This document shows positions 23,541 through 32,493 of a stretch of DNA of 32,493 nucleotides, piece by piece. Below the pieces are notes generated by a model, which worked only from the letters and a program-made list of their open reading frames with translations, was not told the DNA's origin and did not search any database. Each line of letters starts with the position of its first letter. Positions within the stretch are counted from its first letter, which is position 1. A program made the translations under genes and the position numbers. This stretch comes from Bugula neritina (Eukaryota > Animalia > Bryozoa). The stretch is taken from contig CAXIUT010000032.1 in the NCBI GenBank assembly GCA_964035545.1, forward strand, positions 1-32,493, read 5' to 3'.

Positions 23541-24857
23541 ATGCAAAAACAACTAATATCAAATCCAAACCCTCACATCTTTCAAACCACTGACTCTGAA
23601 ACAATTCAATCTATCCAAAACGACTCCATCTGCCTTCACGCTAATGCCTATCTAAACCCCGAATGCACCAATTAAATACGCTTAGCCATGACCAACTTCT
23701 ACTTATCCATTTGCTCTCCCCACTCTCAGTTCTCCCAATATATATTCTCCACTGAACTTTAGTTTGCTCTCAAGTTCTAAGTCCTCTTCTAAGATGATCT
23801 TAAAGTTCAACAGTAAAAATCAATCTTCTCTCCCAAAGTGGGATTTAAACTCACCAAAAACAATGCTCATCCAATCTCATTCTACTTCAAAAGCTAGCCT
23901 CTCCTTGACATCTGGCTCAAATATCTCAACAAAAACCTTAAACAACATGGCTTCCATCGACTTTATAAACCAGTTAGAAAATTAGGAAAAGGAGGATTTG
24001 CCACTGTCTATGAAGTTGAAAGACTCACAGATAGCCATAGATTCGCAGCAAAAGCATTTAGCAAATCATCCACTGTACAGTCTTAGAACCCAGCCAACAA
24101 AACCATGCTTCTCAACGAAATAGATATGCTCAGAACCTTCGACAGTCCTCACCTACTCAAATTATAGGCCGTCTTCTAATCTTAAAATTCCATTTATCTT
24201 ATTCTATAGCTGCTACCAGATGGACAGCTTCATAACAGAATCAACCAAAGAATGGCTAACTTTAGTCAATCATAAATCAAAAATTTTTTGAGAGGAATGG
24301 CAAAAGCTCTTGCAGAAATGCATCGATATAGAGTCATGCATCGAGATATCAAGCCTTAAAACATCATGTTAAGAGGTAAAAATGGATTAAATCCAGTCAT
24401 TGTTGACTTAGGACTAGCAGCAGATGTCGACTCAGATGACTATCTCTTTTATCGCTGTGGAACACCTGGATATGTGGCTCCAGAAGTCATTACCTGCAAA
24501 AAAGGACAGAAAATAGAACCTCTTTGCGATCTCTTTTCAACAGGACTTATCCTTCACATTCTTCTACTAAAAAAACCTCTTTTCGAAGGAAGATCTTGTG
24601 AATAGGTTTACTAAAATAACAAGAAATGCCAGTTTAATTTAGAAGCTCAATAGTACAAGATTATTGACCCTCAAGCTCTCGATCTTTTGAAGAAGCTATT
24701 GAAGGTTGACCCCAAAGACAGAATCAGTGCAATTGAAATGCTAAAACACCCATTTTTGTTCTAGCCAATGTAAGAAGAGAAGCAAGTAATTTCTCCTACA
24801 ACGACTGACTCTTCCAATCGAGTCATGAACTTTGGAGAAGCATAATAAGCTTTCTGA
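23541..24857 (+). CDS. Ser/Thr kinase (CAMK-like) with N-terminal PH-like region, ~438 aa
   Basis: LGKGGFATVY, AAKAF, HRDIKPENI (E=TAA), DLGLA, RCGTPGYVAPE, DRISA..LKHPF. Start is uncertain because the frame is also open upstream. Confidence 0.9.
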
Positions 24858-25034
24858 TTTAAATATTGTTTATACCTCCATCAATATTATTTACTATCAT
24901 AACTGTTAATATCACCTTTCTATTTCTAATTGATTTAAAACATGAAATAACTAACTTTCATATTGTCATAAAATTGAGAATAACTCTATAATCAATAGCT
25001 TTATAAAAGACTCTTTATCTATTTTATAAATAAA

Positions 25035-26804
25035 ATGAACAAAAACAAAAACTATCGAACCAATAGACTTTCCCTTTCTCAAGCTAAAAATAGTTCTCAA
25101 ACTACTTCGGTCTAAAACTCTACTCAAACTCTTTATTTTTGTCACTACCGCAATGCCATGTACATGGGAGGAATAAAAAATTTTAAAAAGGAAGATAAAG
25201 GAATTCTCATCCACGACAATGGACTTTCAATGCTTTGCTCTCACTCTAACGACCAACTTCACGGTCATAACATCTTTTTCGGACAACACTGTCTCCTATC
25301 AGCCTAATACACTAAAGGTAAAATGACAGAAGCAGTCTACAGGACAGACGGTTTCCTTGGACACTTTTTCTTCAACCAAGAGCAACAACTTGAAGGTAAA
25401 TGCAAACTACTAAATTACAGCAGTAAAACTATTACATATGCAATTTTCAAAAAAGGAATTATCCTCTAGAAATAAAATTAGACATAATTCACTCTTATCA
25501 ATAAGGTTTTTGATCTGGGAGAACTGCATCTCCTTTGTGGAAAAGTTCATGCTCAAACACTTCGATATGAAATAACTAAAAACAACCATATAGAAGGATA
25601 TAAGTATGGAAATAAGCTTACAGTTGGCTTTCAGAAAGGAGGAATGATCAACGGACTAGGTTTCAGTCTTATTTTTAGAGGTAGTCATGGAGGATACAAC
25701 CCAGACACCCATCGCAACTAAGATTAATTCTAACTCAAAGTCATCTAAAGAGGATATCTACAAAGTTCATAACTATGGGGATTTGGATAAAAATTATTCA
25801 AAAATGGAAATTTATATATTGGAGAGTTCAAAAAAGGTATTTTCGAAGGAAATGGACTTCTAAGGAATTCTGGAAAAAAGAACTGGGTTAGTGGGTTTTT
25901 CCAGGAAGGAAACTTAGTTGATCTTTTTGAATATAACAACGAAGGAGGATAAAAAAAGTTCTAAAAGATCATATAAGGTTTCCATTAAAAAAAAGCTAAC
26001 TGGATAAATAATGACATTATTTTACCTTCTATGTAAATATTTGACCAATTGACTTAAAAGATATTTTCTGATGTACCAAGCCTAGCAATAAAAACAATGT
26101 AACAACGTAAACAATAAGTATTAAAGAAGATCCAAGATAATTTTTTGGGAGATAATTCAAATTTATAAAATATTTTGAAAACAGCCACTAGTGACTTACG
26201 AACAATTTAAGCTCAAAAGCCAAGACATAACTAAACAATAAAACATCTAGTTCAAAGTTTTATTCCTCAAACTACAATATCAAAATAAAATTAAAAAACA
26301 AAAAATAAATTAACTGCAAATAAAACAGTCAACCAAGATCTCAGAAAAAGTAAAATATTTTAAAACAATAATTACTCAGATAGATATCTAAGACCTCATG
26401 AAACAAGTACTTCTAGAACTAAAAGAGCAACTACTTCTAGAACTAAAAGAACAAATAACTCAAAGAAAAAGATATTTAACAAAAATATAAATAGAAGCAA
26501 CACGCCTCTCAAAACTAACACCAATAGATCAGAAAAAAGTAGTCCAGAATAAAACATATAATAAAGAAAATAATAATAAAGAATTATAAATAATTATACA
26601 GGAATGCCAATTAGCTAGGATTAGTTGTCTAATAGTTCAAAATAACAAAACAGTCAGAGCAGAAGAAGGATGCAAAGAAGTAAAATATTTAATCCTTTAC
26701 AAACAAAAACATAATAAACTGCCCCCAGATTCATCTACAGTCGAGTTGATACCCTACCAGAATCAGAAAGAAGAAAAAGAATGGGAATAGATGATCACCT
26801 CTGA
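25035..26804 (+). CDS. MORN-repeat protein, ~589 aa
   Basis: YMGGIKNFKKEDKGILIHDNG and GFGEKLFKNGNLYIGEFKKGIFEGNG MORN-like units; low-complexity C-terminal tail. Confidence 0.78.
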
Positions 26805-26847
26805 TATTCAAAACTCATTTTCAATATATCATCTCTTATGTTTTCTA

Positions 26848-27124
26848 TTAGTCTAATTCCCTTAATAATAAACTATACTAAGTAAGACTAGATCATCACT
26901 TGTTTTTGACTGTTAGTCTAATTCCCTTAATAATAAACTATACTAAGTAAGACTAGATCATCACTTGTTTTTTGACTGTTAGTCTAATTCCCTTAATAAT
27001 AAGCTATACTAAGTAAGACTAGATCATCACTTGTTTTTGACTGTTAGTCTAATTACCTTAATAATAAACTATACTAAGTAAGACTAGATCATCACTTGTT
27101 TTTGACTGTTAGTCTAATTACCTT
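26848..27124. repeat. 65-bp tandem repeat, ~4.2 copies
   Basis: Units start at 26848, 26913, 26979, 27044, 27109; near-identical; between convergent MORN and Aurora-like 3' ends. Confidence 0.96.
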
Positions 27125-27190
27125 TGTAATATGTTAGATTAAGTAATATTACTAAATAGCTAATAACTTTGATAAAATATAAATATTTAC

Positions 27191-28612
27191 TCAAATTTCA
27201 AAGATTTACTAGAACTATCTTTGTAAATCCTTTTGAACTCTATCCTGGAATATTGATCCGTTATTATGATGGTGTTGGATCCATCTATGATCCAAAGCCT
27301 CTCTAGCAGTCGCTCTCTCACTCGGATTGACCTTCAATAGACTTTGAATCAACTCCCGACAGTCGTTGCTGAGATGTTCAGGCAATAGTAATGTTTTAAA
27401 ATTGTATTTTTGTCCAGATTGAGAAAAGGGAGGTTGGACCATCAACATTTCATACATAAGCACTCCCACACTCCAGCAATCTATTTTGTTGTCATAGTAA
27501 CTACTGTCAGCCACTTCAGGTGATATGTAATCAAGAGTGCCACAAAGTGTCCGTCTCTGCCTGTCAGTTTTGATTGACCACCCGAAATCAGCTATCTTCA
27601 ACTGCTCACCAAAACATATCACATTCTCAGGTTTCAAATCTCTATGTATTATCCCGTTTCTATGCAAGTATTCCACTCCTGTTAATATCTGAGTTATATA
27701 TCTAGCAGTTTTTTACTAACTAAAAGGTCCTTTCCTCAATATCTACTCGTAAAGGTTACAATATCCGAACTCAATCACCAGGAAGACCTAGTCTCTACCC
27801 AAATGATACCCATAGGCAGGCAATATGTTGGGATGAGTACAGTAGAGGTGGATCTTCATCTCGTCAATCAGATATTCCACTTTAACTCTATCTTTTTTGA
27901 ATGTTTTGACTGCAACAGCCATCCCGTTCATATTAGAGATAGCTAGCACAATATCTCCAGTCTGGCTTTTCCCCAATCTCCTCAACATCCGCATCTAGTA
28001 TTTTGGTTTATTACTCTTCATCTCACTCATCTTCTTCAAAGTCTTATTCATTTCCTCTAACTTATTTGGAATCTACTTCTTAAAATATTTCATTCCTATC
28101 TTCAAAGGAGTCTTAGTTGATAAAGTTTGCAACCTTTTCCTCACTTAGTCAATATTCTTACTTGTATTCACCTGAGTTTTTGATATTTCTTGCTGATACC
28201 CTTTTTAATATTTTTCAGATGGCGACTCAACTTTGCTCCTGGGACTCTTAGACTGGCTTCGGTATTTTAATACCTTACTCCCAGTGGGTTTTAACATTTG
28301 TCTCGGACTATTTTGTTTATAGATTTCCCCTTTCAAATATCCCTACCTTTTCTTCTTGGCTCCTTCAATACTAGACTTGCTTCTTTCTGTTTTTGTTTTA
28401 CTATTTTCCATTATATTCAGGACATGACCTCCAGAAGTGTAATTTTTAAAATGATACTTGTTTATTTTAAGATTTTGACTGGTAGTACTTTTCGATTTAA
28501 CTGGTCTAGTTGTTTTTTACTCTTCTTTTTCCTGACAGAGGTTGAATTTAGGTATTTTTATCGATAACTTTTTGATTTTATTCTGAGATGTTTACCCTCT
28601 GAGTACTTGCAT
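27191..28612 (-). CDS. Aurora-like Ser/Thr kinase with long basic N-terminus, ~473 aa
   Basis: VAVK, EMKIH..HPNIL, HRDLKPEN, KIADFGWSI..RRTLCGTLDYISPE; DFGWS is the Aurora hallmark. Confidence 0.9.
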
Positions 28613-28655
28613 CAACTATAACTTATAAACGTCAAGTGTTGGAATTAATTTTATT

Positions 28656-31176
28656 ATGATGAGATCAGATTAACAAGAATTCTAACTTATCTCCAAATGC
28701 GACTCTTCCTTTTAAAGACAAAAATGCAGATAGTCTAACAACTCCTAAGGTCTTTCCCAGTTAACTATCGCCAATGTTCATTTTTTCTAGGAATAAAAAG
28801 TTGCATAATATACGAAAAGATACTTTAAATCATCAAACCAAAACAATAAGAACGCAGCGAACATATTCAGTACATAGTTGATAAGCTAGGGGTGAAGGCA
28901 GGTCCAGGATGGGATCATAAAGATAGACTAGCATATGTGAGATATGACAATTACAGTTCAGCCAGGAACAAAAGAACCAATTAACAGAAAAGTAAATTCT
29001 AAGCAATATAGTTTCATAGATAAACACTTTTGTCAAAAGGTTGACATAGAATAGTAGACAACAAGAATAAGCCCCAGAACTCTATTAAACAAAATTTAAA
29101 GCACTTAAGAAGATAATTTAGTATTACGATATAAAAAATTTAGATCGATCATAGTATAGCAGTACTTGTATTTTTGATGTAGATGTGATAGGTTCATTTG
29201 GACTGCACATTGGATCAATGCGAACAACTAGTAAAGAATCTTCTGTATCCCAGGAAAAAAGACAAGAGATCAAAAAATTAACAACAAAATGCTTATTTAA
29301 TCAAACTGATAGAAAGTTTATGAAACGTACTCTTGAAGGTACTCTTTAAAATACAACACCTTTGAAAACAAGCGATATGACTGTTCGACAACTAAAGAAA
29401 GATCATAAGTCTGAGAAGGACAGCAAAGATCATAAGTCTGAGAAGGACAGCAAAGATCATAAGTCTGAGAAGGACGGCAAAGATCATAAGTCTGAGAAGG
29501 ACAGTAAAGATAAAAGTTTAGCTTTATTTAAAAGTGTTCAAATGAGAAAGTAAAAAGGGTCACATTTCAAATTTACCAATGGATAAAATTCTATTTTATA
29601 AAAAATAAATAAATTCAGATAATTTTTATTTATGCTTAACTATTCCAATGGACTCTATCGACCTCTTGATTTAGATTGCTATCTTTTGCCTTTAAAGTTT
29701 TATGTAGGAAAGGGAAATAATAGTAATCTGATTCGTTCACTTATGAAAAAACGTTTTTGGTTCTAATAAACTAATCAATAAAAATAAGCTCATTTCGTAT
29801 GGACACAAATAAAGAGCAATAGCGTTTTCAAAAGACAACCGTCTATTGTGATAAAAAATGAATCTAAATAATAGGAAAAGGAATAACTCAGAAGATCACC
29901 ACCAAAGCTAGCAACAACAATAAAAAATAATCCAACCAGTAGAATATTAGGAGCACAATAAGTAAGATAAATAGCCAGTTTGCTTTTAACAGTCAAAAAT
30001 AGAAATATTATTACTTTTTAAGATAGAATAAGATTTAGTAAAAAAAGATTAAAACAATAATTAATATCGATATAATAAGTGATTCATAATCATTTTCCTG
30101 GGAATGGATTACTAGGCAATAAAAAGGCTTTGTTTCTTTGTCTTAAATAGTATTGCAAACTCACTAGCCAATAAGTATCATCCTTCATTCCCAAAACCTT
30201 TATCATCACTTCTGGTCTCCAAGATGCTTAATACCAAAAAGTAATATCTTCTTTTAATGATAAAAAAAAACTTAAAAACTATAATATATGGATCTTAAAA
30301 CCAGGCTAATTCAGCAACAGAGGAGTAGGAATCTAATGTACCAACAAATTATAAGATATCAAAAGAAGAGCTTCCAAATGTAATAAAAAACAATCACTTA
30401 TTGTCCAGTAATATATATCAAAGCCACTGCTCTACAATGGAAGAAAATTTGATATCAGAACATACATCCTCTTAATCAACCACAACTCCAAATCAAAAGC
30501 ATACTGGTACCAAGATGGATACATCAGAACCTCCTCATCTTTCTTCACTCTCAACGATCTTGATCCCTACGTACATCTCACCAACGATTCAGTTCAAAAA
30601 TATTCAGATCAGTATAGCAAGTTTTAAGAAGGAAATAAACTCAGCTACCCAGAATTCCAAAGATATCTAGACACTCTGCCTTCACAAGGAAGAAATCTCG
30701 ATCTCTCTACTCTTATTACTAAAATGAAAGCTATAGCAACAACAGCTGTGAAATCAACTTGGAACAGTCTTAATCCTCAGAACAAAGACAAAAACTTCTA
30801 GCTTTTTGGGCTAGATTTCATGGTAGATGAAGAGTTCAAGCCATGGCTGATAGAAGTCAACACCAATCCTTGTTTATAACTGAGTGCTCCTGTTTTATAA
30901 AGAATAATTCCTCATATGGTAGAAAATGCCTTTAGGATGAGTGTTGATACATTGTTTCCTCCTCCCAACAACTTCAACAACTACTATAAATATACTATTC
31001 CTTAAAATTCACTTCACTACAACAAATTCTAACTTATTTTCGATTCTGATCGAGAAGGACCTGCTCTAAAAACACTATATTCCAATTCAGACTTCTTTGC
31101 CCCCTTGGCAAACCTAGAAGAAGACAAAAATTAGTTCAGACAAGAAGGATAACTCAAAAACTACGATGATATCTGA
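28656..31176 (+). CDS. Tubulin-tyrosine-ligase-like (TTLL) protein, ~826 aa; introns 28870-28889, 28992-29011
   Basis: HNHFPGN..LGNKKAL, WILKPGE..NRGVGI, IVQEYISKPLL..RKFDIR, HLTNDSVQK, FELFGLDFMVD..PWLIEVNTNP. Two 20-nt introns connect ATG 28656 to the main frame. Confidence 0.92.
29395..29513 (+). repeat. 27-bp in-frame coding repeat (KDHKSEKDS) x ~4 within the TTLL gene
   Basis: AAAGATCATAAGTCTGAGAAGGACAGC repeated with 1-2 substitutions. Confidence 0.93.
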
Positions 31177-31436
31177 TAACTAGATTTGTGATCTTTTTAT
31201 ATTCTCTCCTATGAATTATCTTATCTACTAGTATTTAGCCTTAAAATTATTTAAACTGTTTTTGGATGTTTGATATTAGATTAAAGAAAAATATGTTTCA
31301 CTTAAATAAATAATATTAAGAATAGAGTACTTCTATATGTTTTTTGATGTGAATTAACTTATTCCATCAGATTTAAATAAATAGATTCAGTTAATTCAAA
31401 TCAATTCCTGATACTTCCAATCATTATATCATTTCT

Positions 31437-32342
31437 ATGACAGACAAACCCACCTAAAAAGCACCTCCTAAATAGCCTAAAAGAACCAAGTCCCTCCAAT
31501 AAATCCTCAAAATAGCAGCAAAATCAGGACTAGCTGGAGCCAGTGCCATGGCTATTCAAGTCTCATCTATGATGTGGCTCAGAACAACCATGAACTATCA
31601 ATTCAAACATGGAGGAGGCTTTCTCCAGACCCTAAAAACCCTCTATCAAGAAGGAGGAGTTGTCAGATTCTATCGAGGCATTGTACCTGCCCTCATAATA
31701 GGTCCTATCGCTAGGTTTGGAGATACAGCTGCCAATATGTATGCCACTACTCTCTCCTAATCAACTCCTTCTTTAAGAAAACTGCCCATCTTCGTGCAAA
31801 CCTCTATCGGTTCAGTCCTGGCAGGACTATGGAGGTTATCTACTTTACCAGTAGATGCCTGGAAAACAGCTAAACAAGTTCATGGGCATGGAGGACTCAC
31901 AGTAATTATGAATAAATTCAAAGTGCATGGAGTTTCAGCTTTTTACCATGGAGGAGTAGCTTCGGCTCTGGCCACTATGGTCGGGCACTATCCTTGGTTT
32001 TTGACAAACAACTATTTAGAATTTTACATGACAAAGTACAGTTATGAGGAGTAAAAATTAAAAGCTCTTCTGAGAAGTGGATTTATCGGTTTGATTAGCA
32101 CAGTAGTTTCAGACACGATATCTAACTCGATCAGAGTGGTTAAAACATTTAAACAGACAGCGCATGACAAGATGACTTATAAAGAAGTAATAGGCCAGAT
32201 AGTGGAGAAAGATGGACTGACTGGACTGTTTTTCAGAGGCCTGCAAACTAAAATATTGACCAATATACTACAAGGAGTTACCTTCAGAGTAGGATGGAAA
32301 TATTTGGAATGGAAATTCTCAAAACAAAAATAACAACATTGA
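31437..32342 (+). CDS. Mitochondrial carrier (SLC25) family protein, 301 aa
   Basis: Three repeats with carrier signatures (WLRTTMNYQ, PVDAWKTAKQ, SIRVVKTFKQ; EGGVVRFYRG, HGVSAFYHG, DGLTGLFFRG); three track ORFs joined by TAA=Glu. Confidence 0.92.
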
Positions 32343-32418
32343 TAACTATCTTTATTACCCATAACTATCTTTATTACCCATAACTGTCTTTATTACCCAT
32401 AACTGTCTTTATTACCCA
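32342..32418. repeat. 19-bp subtelomeric tandem repeat x4 (ATAACTRTCTTTATTACCC)
   Basis: Units at 32342, 32361, 32380, 32399 fill the entire stop-to-telomere interval. Confidence 0.95.
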
Positions 32419-32493
32419 GGGGTTGGGGTTGGGGTTGGGGTTGGGGTTGGGGTTGGGGTTGGGGTTGGGGTTGGGGTTGGGGTTGGGGTTGGG
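32419..32493 (+). repeat. Right terminal telomere (GGGGTT)n
   Basis: Perfect G4T2 repeats at the 3' end. Confidence 0.98.

Noticed and set aside
718-29011. Programmed ribosomal frameshifting (Euplotes-style) to explain frame changes
   Set aside because: Every frame change is resolved by a 20- or 22-nt GT-AG intron.
157-32342. Genes as pseudogenes riddled with stops, or standard ciliate code (UAR=Gln), or split code UAA=Lys/UAG=Glu
   Set aside because: Both TAA and TAG repeatedly sit at invariant Glu positions and frames stay intact to TGA.

Overview
AT-rich, gene-dense ciliate macronuclear-type DNA capped by Tetrahymena-type telomeric repeats (CCCCAA at 1-87, GGGGTT at 32419-32493). The supplied ORF track is misleading because the genes use a non-standard code: TAA and TAG both fall on invariant glutamate positions (HRDxKPEN, DExD, APE, CEICK, FELFG), and TGA is the only stop. 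This matches the peritrich nuclear code (NCBI table 30). Re-translated by eye, the window holds 18 complete genes and one telomere-truncated ORF. The genes are a WDR63-like dynein intermediate chain, four active-looking protein kinases, a pseudokinase fused to a multi-pass membrane domain, a Nup93-like protein, a RINGv-FHA and a RING-H2 ligase, a Dbp5-like DEAD-box helicase, TBCE, a C2H2 protein, a MORN protein, a TTLL, a mitochondrial carrier, a secreted heptad-repeat protein and two hypotheticals. Introns are tiny (8 of 10 are exactly 20 nt) and intergenic gaps are as short as 17 nt. Four internal CCCCAA tracts, all in one orientation, suggest several chromosome ends joined together, either by assembly/amplification chimerism or by alternative fragmentation. 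Telomere junctions are associated with short tandem arrays and a recurring 13-nt motif (ATAAnAnCATTGA, read toward the telomere), a candidate breakage/telomere-addition signal. All annotation is manual; no database search was run.
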